DNA from: Deltaproteobacteria bacterium
GTDB taxonomy: Bacteria > Myxococcota > Kuafuiibacteriia > Kuafuiibacteriales > Kuafuiibacteriaceae
DNA: 64,000 bases
NCBI GenBank assembly: GCA_040218735.1
Contig: JAVJQW010000046.1
Span: 32,001-96,000, forward strand
Direction: 5' to 3'
Part shown: one piece after another, positions 1-10,831 of the stretch
Layout of the letters: each line of letters begins with the position of its first letter
Position numbering within the stretch: the stretch's first letter is position 1
Made by a program: the position numbers and the translations under genes
Notes under the pieces: model-generated
The model's database searches: none
The model's input: the letters and a program-made list of their open reading frames with translations, nothing else
What the model was told of the DNA's origin: nothing

Positions 1-904
1 GGTTCATCGGATCGAGCGCAGGGTCGAGCTCGTTGAGCACGCCGCGCAGCTCGTTTTGCATCGTCTTCGCGCTCGGCGTACGACGGTGCAGGTCCGGTTC
101 GAGCGCCCGCAGCACGATGCGGTCGAGCGCGGGCGGGATGTCGTGGCGCATCGCCGAAGGCGGCGTGCGCGGCGCGACGCAGATCCGCGACATCGTCTCC
201 GTCGGCGTGTCCGACGCGAAGAGGCGATGCAGCGTGAGGCTCTCCCACAACACGATGCCGCACGAGAAGACGTCCGCGCGGTGGTCGGGGCGCTGACCGT
301 TGATCTGTTCGGGCGACAGGTACGTGACCTTGCCTTTGATCTGGCCTTCGAACGCTTCGGCCGTACGCGTGTCGTCGTTCGCGACGCCGAAGTCGCCGAG
401 CTTCACCTCGCCGGTGCGCGACACGAAGATGTTCTCGGGGGTCACGTCGCAGTGGACGATGTTGCGGCGGCGACCGTCGCTGTCCCGAAGCTCGTGCGCG
501 AACGCGAGCGCCTCGAGGACCTGCATCGCGACCGACACACACGCCCACGTCGGCAGCATCCGCTGCGCGCGCGCGGCGCGCTTGAGGATCTGCTTGAGGT
601 CGAAGCCGTCGACCCACTCGAGCGCCATGTACAGCTCGTCGTCGCCGATGCTCTCCAGCTCGAAGACCTGCACCACGTTCTTGTGTTGCACCTGGGCCGC
701 GAGCTTGGCCTCGTCGATGAACATCTGCCTGTACTCGAGATCATGAACGTGCTCGTCGCGGAGCCGTTTCACGACGACGGTCTTCGTGAAACCGCCGAGG
801 CCCGAAGTCCGGGCGAGGTACACATCAGCCATTCCGCCGGTGCCGATGTGTTCGAGGAGCTCGTAGCGACCGTACTGTCGCGGTGGCGAGATGGGCGTAG
901 GCAT
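1..904 (-). CDS. Hanks-type Ser/Thr protein kinase (3' end runs off the window)
   Basis: Not in the ORF track because there is no stop in the window. My translation from ATG 904 gives MPTPISPPRQYGRYELLEHIGTGGMADVYLAR..VVVKRL..FIDEAKL..IVHCDVTPENIFVS..VKLGDFG..KGKVTYLSPEQ..DVFSCGIVLWE. Confidence 0.93.
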   Translation of the reverse strand, partial: MPTPISPPRQYGRYELLEHIGTGGMADVYLARTSGLGGFTKTVVVKRLRDEHVHDLEYRQMFIDEAKLAAQVQHKNVVQVFELESIGDDELYMALEWVDGFDLKQILKRAARAQRMLPTWACVSVAMQVLEALAFAHELRDSDGRRRNIVHCDVTPENIFVSRTGEVKLGDFGVANDDTRTAEAFEGQIKGKVTYLSPEQINGQRPDHRADVFSCGIVLWESLTLHRLFASDTPTETMSRICVAPRTPPSAMRHDIPPALDRIVLRALEPDLHRRTPSAKTMQNELRGVLNELDPALDPMN

Positions 905-1002
905 GCGCCGGACTCAGGGAACCGGACCTAGAACTTAGCGGCCCGAATCGAGCTTGGATAGTTCCCGACCGGGGACAATTCAGGACCGGGTAGGTGACGC
1001 GC

Positions 1003-3402
1003 TCATGCGTAGAGTGTCGCCAGCCAGCGCTTCAGATCGAGCGCGGTGAACGGGCGTTCGAGATCGACGAGCGTCATCTCCAACGCTTCCCACATCGCTG
1101 CAAGGTCGTCCCCTCGTTCGCGAGGTGAAGGGAGCAACGCGCGATCGACGAGGCGGACAACCCGCGAAGACACGTCGCGGGAGCGCGTCGCGAGGGAGGG
1201 GAGCTCCCCTTGGGTGAAAAGCCCTTCGTCGCGCATCCGTTTCAGCGTGAGGCTCTCGTCGATGATCCGGGCAACACCGTACACGTCGGCTTCGGGGCCG
1301 GCGGGCTCACCGTCGTGGACCTCCGGTGGAGCGTACGGTCCCGCCTCGCGCGCGTATTGCGGGGCGCCTCGTTCCTCGAGCCGAACGTGCTCGAAACCGC
1401 CGAGCTTCACCTCGCCGTCGCTCGTGATCAGCACGTGACTCGGCTGCACGTCGCCGTGGATCCACGTGCCGGTCTCGTGACGGTGCATGTGCAAGAGCGC
1501 CGCGCAGAGCTCGGCGCCGATGCGACACGCGGCGCCCGTCGGCAGCACCCGACCCGTCGCGCGCGCGCGTGTGAAGATCGCGTCGAGGCGTCGCCCCGGG
1601 TACGCCTCGGTCACCCAGAAGAAGCCGTCCTTCTCTTGGAAGTCGAGCGTCTGAATCAGGTTGGTGTGCGTCCAGAGCGCGGACGCACGCGCGCAGTCCA
1701 CGAGGTGCTCCATCCGCGGGTCGTCCGGCGGAGCGCCGTCGGGGAGGCGGAGGATCCGCACCGGTCGCCGAAAGCCGCGCGGTCCCCGACGCGTCGCTAC
1801 GTACTCGACGAACGACTCGGTCGTGCGATCGACGCCTTCGATCGCGTACTGCTCGAGGTCCTTCGTCTCGGCGTTTGGGCCCGCCTCGTTCGCGAGGTTC
1901 GTGTCGGGGGCCTCGCTGTAGGCGTCGTCGAGGACCTCGTCCACGGTGGAGCGCGAGATGGCGTCCGGCGTGCTGTCCTCGAGCGTGAGATCGCCCGTGA
2001 CGACGTTCGCGAGGTGCAGCCCGGTCCGCGAGATGTTCGCGCTCATCGACTCCGGCAGCAGCAACGCCTGGCTCTGTCGTCGCGGCGGCGGCAGGCGCGC
2101 GGGCGGCGGCTCACGAGCGTCGTCGATCCGGTTGGGGACGAGGTCGACGGTGTCCGTCTCGGCCGTGCGACGTACGTCCATCGCCCCGAGGAGGTCTTCG
2201 CTCGGCGGTGCGCTCGCCGGCAGCTGGAGCGGAGGGCGTTTGGGGGCGCCGAACTTCTTGATCGTCGGGAGCTCCGGCTCCGTCGGGTTCTCCGCGCTCG
2301 GCGGCGGTTTGACGCCACGCTCCGACACGGTCTTCTTCGTCCCCTCGCGGAGCGCCTCGACGAGCGCGCGATTGTCGCCGCTCGCGCGCGCACGCGCGAT
2401 GGCTTCGATGCGGTACTCGAGCTCCCGTCGCATGAAACGCGCGACCATCTGCTTCGACGCACCGATGCGGTCACGGCGCATGAACATCTCGAGGTCGTTC
2501 AGCATCGTGCGTGCGTTCGGGTAGCGATCCTCGGGCGACTTCGCGAGCGCGCGCTGGATGATGCGCCACAGCTCCGGCGGGAACGAGGGATCGAGGTCGA
2601 AGGGCGACGCCGGGTCCTGCTCCATGATCGCGCGGAGGACCATCGCGTCGGTGCGCCCGTAGAACGGGTGACGGAACAGGAGCGCCTCGTAGAGCAGCAC
2701 GCCGAGCGCGAAGAGATCCGCGCGTCTGTCGATGTGCTCGTCGGCGCGGATCTGCTCCGGCGCCATGTACGCCAGCTTTCCTTTCAGTAGACCGGGGTGG
2801 GTCTTGTGGAGCCGCCCTTCCGCCTTGGTGACGCCGAAGTCGAACAGCTTCACGTCACCCTCGAAGGACACCATGATGTTCTGCGGCGACACGTCGCGGT
2901 GGATGATGTTGAGCGGTCTTCCGTCCGGGCCCGTGAAGTCGTGCGCGTAGGCGAGCGCGTCGAGCACACTCACCGCGATGTTGAGCATCACCGGAGGCGG
3001 GAGGCGTCGGCCCGCGCCGACGAGGTGCCGGAGCAGGCCCGAGAGGTTCGCGCCCTCCACGAGCTCCATCGAGATGAACATCGAACCGTCGAGCTCGCCG
3101 AGCTCGTAGATGCGGATGATGTTCGGGTGGTCCATCTGCGAGGCGATGTGCGCCTCGTCGTAGAACATCTCGACGACGCCGGGCTCGAGTTGCAGCTCGG
3201 GGCGAATGCGTTTGAGCACGACCTCCGCCGCGACGCCGGAGCGTCGACGCATCCGCGCGACGAACACCTGACCCATCGCGCCGGACGCGATGCGTCCCAA
3301 GATCTCGTAGCGGTGGTCGGCCGGCCCCGAGGTGTCGATCCCGCTGAGGTCGGGGCGCGGCTGGTAGCTCCGCACGGTCCGCGGAGTTAACCACACGGTC
3401 AC
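1003..3402 (-). CDS. Ser/Thr protein kinase with a second, degenerate C-terminal kinase-like domain
   Basis: N-terminal domain has IASGAMG, VVLKR, HRDVSPQN, DFG and YMAPE. C-terminal domain has IHGDVQPSHVLI..KLGGFEH..YAPPE..DVYGV. Confidence 0.92.
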   Translation of the reverse strand: MTVWLTPRTVRSYQPRPDLSGIDTSGPADHRYEILGRIASGAMGQVFVARMRRRSGVAAEVVLKRIRPELQLEPGVVEMFYDEAHIASQMDHPNIIRIYELGELDGSMFISMELVEGANLSGLLRHLVGAGRRLPPPVMLNIAVSVLDALAYAHDFTGPDGRPLNIIHRDVSPQNIMVSFEGDVKLFDFGVTKAEGRLHKTHPGLLKGKLAYMAPEQIRADEHIDRRADLFALGVLLYEALLFRHPFYGRTDAMVLRAIMEQDPASPFDLDPSFPPELWRIIQRALAKSPEDRYPNARTMLNDLEMFMRRDRIGASKQMVARFMRRELEYRIEAIARARASGDNRALVEALREGTKKTVSERGVKPPPSAENPTEPELPTIKKFGAPKRPPLQLPASAPPSEDLLGAMDVRRTAETDTVDLVPNRIDDAREPPPARLPPPRRQSQALLLPESMSANISRTGLHLANVVTGDLTLEDSTPDAISRSTVDEVLDDAYSEAPDTNLANEAGPNAETKDLEQYAIEGVDRTTESFVEYVATRRGPRGFRRPVRILRLPDGAPPDDPRMEHLVDCARASALWTHTNLIQTLDFQEKDGFFWVTEAYPGRRLDAIFTRARATGRVLPTGAACRIGAELCAALLHMHRHETGTWIHGDVQPSHVLITSDGEVKLGGFEHVRLEERGAPQYAREAGPYAPPEVHDGEPAGPEADVYGVARIIDESLTLKRMRDEGLFTQGELPSLATRSRDVSSRVVRLVDRALLPSPRERGDDLAAMWEALEMTLVDLERPFTALDLKRWLATLYA

Positions 3403-3425
3403 AGATGTGTGATAGGGCCGAGAGG

Positions 3426-3926
3426 ATGACTGACTTGGCGTACAGGGCGACCGCGGACGTGAGCGACGAAGCGGGTGACGCCGCCCTCGTGGCGGACCCC
3501 ATGTTCACGCGGTACGGCGCCCGGGAGCGCTACGCGGGGCGCATCGCGACGCTGAAGATCTTCGAGGACAACCAGCTCGTGCGCACCGTGTTGTCCCGGC
3601 CGGGACAAGGCCGCGTGCTCGTCGTCGACGGCGGCGGGAGTCGGCGCTGCGCGCTGGTCGGTGACAGTCTCGCGAAGCTCGCGAGCGACCAGGGCTGGGC
3701 GGGCATCGTGGTCTTCGGATGCATCCGGGACACCCTGGAGATCGGCGCGATCGACATCGGCATCCACGCGCTCGGCGCGCACCCCAAGAAGACGAAGAAA
3801 CGTGGCGAAGGGATCGAGGACGAGCCGGTCACGTTCGGGGGTGTGACGTTTTGTCGCGGCGACGCGCTCTACGCGGACTCGGACGGGATCGTGGTGATCC
3901 CCGCGGGCGGGTCACAGTACCCCTGA
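3426..3926 (+). CDS. rraA: RraA family protein (regulator of RNase E activity / HMG aldolase)
   Basis: TADVSD, KIFEDN, VLVVDGGGSRRCALVGD, GWAGIVVFGCIRD, YADSDGIVV. ATG 3426 chosen over 3405. Confidence 0.9.
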   Translation: MTDLAYRATADVSDEAGDAALVADPMFTRYGARERYAGRIATLKIFEDNQLVRTVLSRPGQGRVLVVDGGGSRRCALVGDSLAKLASDQGWAGIVVFGCIRDTLEIGAIDIGIHALGAHPKKTKKRGEGIEDEPVTFGGVTFCRGDALYADSDGIVVIPAGGSQYP

Positions 3927-3931
3927 AAGAC

Positions 3932-3966
3932 AAAAGGCGACGGACGCCACAAGGACGCCCGTCGCC
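3932..3966 (-). terminator. Intrinsic (Rho-independent) terminator
   Basis: Minus-strand RNA GGCGACGGGCGUC-CUUGU-GGCGUCCGUCGCC-UUUU: 13-bp stem with two G-U pairs followed by a U tract. Confidence 0.8.
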
Positions 3967-4060
3967 GGGGCTGGCCTCCACGAGGAGTGGAGCTCGCTCA
4001 GCTTGCACTCCTCGTTAGACCGTTATGTTTGTGCACGCTTGCTTTACCTCCCCCGGCAAC
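3932..4060 (-). ncRNA. Candidate small RNA or small-peptide transcript (5' end uncertain)
   Basis: Terminator with no credible upstream minus-strand gene; second hairpin ACGAGGAGUG..CACUCCUCGU (3980-4015); 12-codon ORF 4036-3998 preceded by GGAGGT. Confidence 0.45.
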
Positions 4061-4275
4061 TGTCGCCGGCACTGGGCCGTTTACGTCGAGCTGGGCTCTA
4101 AACCAGGCCGAGTGTTTCGTTGGTCGAACCCGGCGCTTCATGCGTCGAGCTCGCGCGTTGTCGACGCGACTCCCACGGTCGCGACGGCCGGATGGTAGCG
4201 GACCGCGATCCGTCGCGCCAGTTGGGGTTGTTCATGGACCGCTTCATCCCTGCGTGCGATCCTTCGACCGTGGTC

Positions 4276-4782
4276 GTGCGGTGCATCACCGCGGTCCTGT
4301 TCTGCGTGACGCTCGTCGCGTGTCGGAACCCCTTTGCCGCCGAAGCCCCCGTCGAACCCGGCGGGGTCCTCTCGTACATGGTGCGGGAGACCACCGAGGA
4401 AGGGCAGGAATCGTACGTGCTCCGCGCGCGCGTGCGCGAGACCGACCACGGGCTCGAGGTCATGATGCAGACCCCCGTCGCCGCGCTCTCGATCCCCGTC
4501 GACGCGCAGCTCGTCCCCATCGACGAGAAACATCTGCCGATCGAGTACCCGCTCGTCCTCACCTCCACGCTCGCCAAGCCCGGCCTGTTGTGGCTCCCCG
4601 AAGATCGCCGCGGCGTGACCGACTCGAGCGACGTGGTGCTGCACCAACAATGGAAGGCGTGGCGCGTCGTCGGTGAGGACGGGATGCCGCGCTACTACGA
4701 GATTCAGACGGGGTTGCTCGTCGACTTCAAGCTGTTCGTCGGCGGCGTGCGCGTCGGTGGCCAGCTCATCTCCGCGCTGTGA
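4276..4782 (+). CDS. Hypothetical lipoprotein
   Basis: In ORF 4120..4782; signal peptide VRCITAVLFCVTLVA-C with lipobox; overlaps the next start (GTGA). Start uncertain. Confidence 0.6.
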   Translation: MRCITAVLFCVTLVACRNPFAAEAPVEPGGVLSYMVRETTEEGQESYVLRARVRETDHGLEVMMQTPVAALSIPVDAQLVPIDEKHLPIEYPLVLTSTLAKPGLLWLPEDRRGVTDSSDVVLHQQWKAWRVVGEDGMPRYYEIQTGLLVDFKLFVGGVRVGGQLISAL

Positions 4783-5447
4783 GCCACGACCCGCACTCCC
4801 GCAAGCGGCTGCACAAGCCGTCGAAGGTCGCGTTCACCGGGGAGCACCTCTTCGACCGCGTCGCGCGCGCCGTGTGTGACGCTGAGTGTCTCCCGCGCAA
4901 AGAGCTGTACGAGTCGTGGGAGGTCGCGCGTCGGGCGCGGCGCCGCTTCAAGGGCGGGCGCGTCGTGGACCTCGCGTGTGGGCACGGCGTCGTCGCACAC
5001 TTGATGGTCCTGCTCGACAAGGGCGGCGGGTCGGGCGCCGTCGCCGTGGATCGAAAGTTACCGCCGTGTGCGTTTGCGGTGCAGGCCTCGCTGGTCGAAG
5101 CGTTCCCGCAGCTCGCGAATCGCGTCGAGCTGTTGCAGGGCGACGTCGAGGACGTGACGCTGACCGCGGACGACGTCGTCGTCGCCGCGCACGCGTGCGG
5201 AGGTCTCACCGACCGTGTGCTCGCCGCTGCGATCGCCGCGCGTGCGCGCGTCGCGGTGCTGCCGTGTTGTCATTCGTTCGGTAAACAGGACCAAGGCGGG
5301 CTCGCGGGGTGGCTCGAGCCTTCACTCGCGATCGACGTCGTGCGCGCCGCGCGTCTGCGCGACGCCGGCTACGACGTACACACGCAGACGATCCCGGACA
5401 CGATCACCCCGAAGAATCGACTGCTCTTCGGGCGGCCGCGGTCATAG
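4779..5447 (+). CDS. SAM-dependent methyltransferase
   Basis: VVDLACGHG motif I, AAHACGGLTD, VLPCCH, ITPKNRL. Confidence 0.85.
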   Translation: MSHDPHSRKRLHKPSKVAFTGEHLFDRVARAVCDAECLPRKELYESWEVARRARRRFKGGRVVDLACGHGVVAHLMVLLDKGGGSGAVAVDRKLPPCAFAVQASLVEAFPQLANRVELLQGDVEDVTLTADDVVVAAHACGGLTDRVLAAAIAARARVAVLPCCHSFGKQDQGGLAGWLEPSLAIDVVRAARLRDAGYDVHTQTIPDTITPKNRLLFGRPRS

Positions 5448-6017
5448 GAACATCTCGGTCAGGAACGTCACGAGCGCGACCGGCACGACGAGGCCCACGG
5501 CGGAGCCGACGACGAAGTGTTTGAAGCGCACCGTCGACATCGCGAGTGCGTAGTTCATCGCGGGGGCGAGCCAGAACAGACAGCGCAGCACGATCACCGT
5601 GCGGATGGGTCGCGCGTCGAGCTGCCCGAGGACCTTCTTCACGAACGGTTTGTCGATCGTGGTGAGCGCCTGTCCGCCTGCGCGTCGCACGATCAGGAAC
5701 GTGAACGACACCGCGACGACCGCGCCGAGGAGCGCGACGGGGAAGCCGAGCGCGCGACCCCAGATGAGGACGCCGGCGACGACGAACACCATGCCCGGGA
5801 CGTGGAAGAACATGCCGAGCGCGAAGGCCCCGACGAACACCACGACGCCCAGCGCACCCGCGTCCTCGACGGCGGTGCGGATCGATTCGGGGTCGATGTC
5901 GCCGATGAGCCCCGTCATGCGCCCGATCACGTAGACCGCGACGCCGGCCGCAACGAGGAGGCCGAGCCGTAGCCAGGGACGTTCGGGAGTGTTCGAGGCC
6001 TTCGACACCGTCTCCAT
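5442..6017 (-). CDS. TVP38/TMEM64 (VTT/DedA-superfamily) membrane protein
   Basis: Several hydrophobic helices, VPGMVFVVAGVLIWG, LRCLFWLAPAMNYALA, FVVGSAVGLVVP. ATG at 6017. Confidence 0.82.
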   Translation of the reverse strand: METVSKASNTPERPWLRLGLLVAAGVAVYVIGRMTGLIGDIDPESIRTAVEDAGALGVVVFVGAFALGMFFHVPGMVFVVAGVLIWGRALGFPVALLGAVVAVSFTFLIVRRAGGQALTTIDKPFVKKVLGQLDARPIRTVIVLRCLFWLAPAMNYALAMSTVRFKHFVVGSAVGLVVPVALVTFLTEMFL

Positions 6018-6084
6018 CACCCCATCAGACTGGATCCGGCCCGACAACCGGTCAGGGATCGGGCCGGTCGTCTGGATGGAGCCG

Positions 6085-6795
6085 CTACTGGAGCAGGTGC
6101 GCGATGATGTCGGCGAGGTCCTGCTGCGACAGGTCCGCCGGCTCGAAGAAGGGCATCGGCCCCGGCGTCGAGTCACTCGCGTCCATCATGCCGGACGGCG
6201 GCGGGCCCGAGGTGCGGACCTTCTGGGCGATCCGGCCCGCGGTGTACGTGCCGAGCGTCGCCTTCGCGAGCGAGCCCGCCGGGCCGACCTTCAGGTTCGC
6301 GTCGTGGCAGGTGCCGCACGCCGCGGTGTACTTCGCGGCGCCGGCCGTGGCGTCGCCTCCGCCGTAGGCGGCTTCGTACGCGGCCTCGTTGTCCAGAACC
6401 TCGGGCATGAGCGGGTTCGGATCCGTGACGCTCTCGCTCGAGATGCTCTGCAGATAGGTCTCGAGCATGATCCACGCCTCGTCGGTTTCGCCGAGCGCGG
6501 TGCCGCCCATCCAGCCGGTGACGCAGGCGTTGCTCGCCGCGAGGAGGTTCGGCGCGTCGCCGCCCTTGAAGCTGGTGCGGTACGCGATGTCCTTCAGCGA
6601 GTCGCCGGAGCGCTTGCTGCCGTCGTTGCTGTGGCACGTGGCGCAGTCCGCCTGGTTGCCAGCGGCGCCGAGCGCGGCCGATGTGGCGCCTTGGTAGTAG
6701 TCGATGGGCTGGGATTCTTCTTCGTCGCCGCCGCCGCACGCGAAGGTGCCGACGGCGAAGAGGGACAGTACGAGTCGAGCGTGGGTTTGGATCAT
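6085..6795 (-). CDS. Diheme c-type cytochrome lipoprotein (TsdA/SoxA-like)
   Basis: Lipobox TFA-C; CATCH and CGTCH heme motifs; SNACVTGWMGG; PGPMP. Confidence 0.85.
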   Translation of the reverse strand: MIQTHARLVLSLFAVGTFACGGGDEEESQPIDYYQGATSAALGAAGNQADCATCHSNDGSKRSGDSLKDIAYRTSFKGGDAPNLLAASNACVTGWMGGTALGETDEAWIMLETYLQSISSESVTDPNPLMPEVLDNEAAYEAAYGGGDATAGAAKYTAACGTCHDANLKVGPAGSLAKATLGTYTAGRIAQKVRTSGPPPSGMMDASDSTPGPMPFFEPADLSQQDLADIIAHLLQ

Positions 6796-6929
6796 CTCGA
6801 GCGCAGGTACTCCGCGGTCCCCTGGGAGTTACATCGAGGGCGTCGCCGATCGACCGACCGGGACAACCCCGGCGACGCGGCTCAGCTTCGCGGCGTCCGG
6901 CCCGCGGCGCTGTGCTGCGCCGGAGGCTG

Positions 6930-6968
6930 TCTTTGGTCGAGGCGCCCGGTTCTTTGGTCGAGGCGCCC
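6930..6968 (+). repeat. 18-bp direct repeat with 21-bp period
   Basis: TCTTTGGTCGAGGCGCCC at 6930-6947 and 6951-6968, with a degenerate third copy from about 6973. Confidence 0.85.
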
Positions 6969-7014
6969 ACGTTCTTGGGGCCCGAGGGCGCGTCCTCCAG
7001 CGCACATTGGCACG

Positions 7015-8238
7015 ATGCGATTGGAGCAGGTCGGCCGAGGGGTCCTGGTGTTGTTGGTGGGGTGCGGGAGCGGGGAGGTCACCGACCTCGGCGTCCGCGA
7101 CGGGGGGCCGGCCCGGGACGCCGGCGAGGCGCGGGACGCGGGCGCCGTACGCGACGGCGGACCGCGGGACGGGGGACCGACGATCGAACCGTGTGTCCCG
7201 GGGTTCGTCGAGATTCAGCCCGTCGGGCTCCCCGCGCAGCTCACGCCCACACCGCTCCCGGCGAAGGTCACGGCGGAGGTCGGCGGGTTCAACTTGGGCG
7301 TCGCGTTCTTCTACGAGCAGAACGGCGAGCCGGCGAGCGGCGTCGCCGGGCTTCGGTTCGGCACGAACGGAGGGCTGCCCGTGCCGCTGTTCGCGATGTT
7401 GAAGCCGACCCGCGTCATCCACGGCATCTTCGATCATGGCGCGGGCCGCGTCGCCGTCTTCAGTGGAGGTGTCGCGACGAACCTCGACCGCGACGGCGTC
7501 GCGGTGGCGTTCTTCGGGCCGGCGTCGACCCGACCGGAGACGGTGCGGCACGTGCAGACGAGCGATGACTTCCGCGGCGTAGCACCGACCTCGACGGAGG
7601 TGGTCGTGCTCACGCAGACGTCGCAGACCGTGAGCCGTCGGTTGTTCTCCGTCGACGCCTACGACACGGAGCGCTTCTCCATCGACTCGAACCGCCCCGC
7701 GCTCGCGGTGACCGTCGATACCACGACGTACCTCGTGTACGACGCGGGAGATCTCACGAGCTATCGCCTGGGCGTCGTGCCGCTGTTGGAGGGCGGCCCC
7801 GGAAAGGCGATCACCGTCGACCTCCCCGAGACGGAGACGGTCGCTGGTGTCGCCGCGTTCGGGAGCGACGTCGTCGTGCTCTTTTCGACCGGCGAGCGAC
7901 TCCGGCTCGCGTTGGTCGATCCCTTCACCGGTGATCTCGCTTGGGGCGCCGACCTCGACCGGTCGCTCCGCGACGGAACCGCCGAGCTCGCCGCGATCGA
8001 CGGCACGGTCGGCGTGGCGTACTTCGCGGACGGCGCGCAGGCGCCCGAGGTCCACCTCTTCGATGCGGAGCTTCAGCCCATCGCGGACGCGCCCTTCGTG
8101 CCCGACGTCCGGGTCCTCGAACCGCGCCTCGGGATGTCGTTCGCGGGCGGCCGAGACACGTTTGCGCTGACCACGAGTGAGGGCGAGTCGGGCACCGTGC
8201 GCCACACGATCGTCTTCTTCGACGCCTGTTCGTTCTAA
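7015..8238 (+). CDS. Hypothetical beta-rich lipoprotein
   Basis: MRLEQVGRGVLVLLVG-C lipobox, RDGGP/RDAG linker, beta-strand-rich body; lies within ORF 5989..8238. Confidence 0.75.
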   Translation: MRLEQVGRGVLVLLVGCGSGEVTDLGVRDGGPARDAGEARDAGAVRDGGPRDGGPTIEPCVPGFVEIQPVGLPAQLTPTPLPAKVTAEVGGFNLGVAFFYEQNGEPASGVAGLRFGTNGGLPVPLFAMLKPTRVIHGIFDHGAGRVAVFSGGVATNLDRDGVAVAFFGPASTRPETVRHVQTSDDFRGVAPTSTEVVVLTQTSQTVSRRLFSVDAYDTERFSIDSNRPALAVTVDTTTYLVYDAGDLTSYRLGVVPLLEGGPGKAITVDLPETETVAGVAAFGSDVVVLFSTGERLRLALVDPFTGDLAWGADLDRSLRDGTAELAAIDGTVGVAYFADGAQAPEVHLFDAELQPIADAPFVPDVRVLEPRLGMSFAGGRDTFALTTSEGESGTVRHTIVFFDACSF

Positions 8239-8920
8239 CGCGGCGCCGCGTTGACCGCGAGCGCCGCGACCGCCGCCGTCTCGACCCGCAACACCCGCGG
8301 GCCGAGGTGTGCGCGTTCGAACCCTGCGCGCTCGAAGGCTTCGACCTCGTAGTCCGTGAAGCCCCCCTCGGGGCCTATCGCGATCACCCGCGCGGGCGTC
8401 GCGCGCAGGTGCGTCGGCGCGCCGGGGTGGAGCACGACCGCCGGGCCGTCCAGCGCCGCGGCGCGGTCCTCGACGAACGGTTTGAACAGGGGCTCGACAA
8501 TCACGTTCGGCACGTGGGTGTCGCGCGCCTGCATGAGTCCTTCGACGAGGAGCGGGCGGTACCCGTCGGGTTCGAGGAGCGGCGACCCGAGGTAGGCCTT
8601 GTCGGTGCGCCACGTTCGAACGAGGACGATCGTATCGACGCCGAGCGCGGTGACCTCCGGAAGGAGCTTCTTGAGGGACTTCGGTCTCGGCACCGCGACG
8701 ATCAGGACGGTGGTGGGGCGCGGCGGGACCTCGCTCCACGCGACGGAGAGCGTGAGCGCTTCGTCGACGATCGTCGCGACGCCGACCGGACCGTCGACGA
8801 GGCCGACCTTGAGTGTGTCGCCGACGCCCTTCCCGAGGACCGCGCGCACGTGGGTCGCGCGGTGATCGGCGACGACGAAGACGTCGCCGCGACGATCCGA
8901 CTCGAACAGCAGCAGGAGGT

Positions 8921-8924
<4 letters not shown>
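8235..8924 (-). CDS. rsmE: 16S rRNA m3U1498 methyltransferase RsmE
   Basis: HVRAVL, LPEVTALGV, IGPEGGF, LGPRVLRVETA SPOUT motifs; start overlaps the recD stop. Confidence 0.93.
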
Positions 8925-10798
<1,874 letters not shown>

Positions 10799-10831
10799 GT
10801 CGCGGGCGAGACCATATTACACTCACGGGCG

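Noticed and set aside
4098-4650. Minus-strand ORFs 4098-4577 and 4138-4650 as the gene using the 3932-3966 terminator
   Set aside because: Both are antisense to a plausible lipoprotein gene that is coupled to the methyltransferase, and neither has protein-like features.
6930-6990. Possible mini-CRISPR
   Set aside because: Only 3 bp separate the repeats, there are no unique spacers, and no cas genes are in the window.
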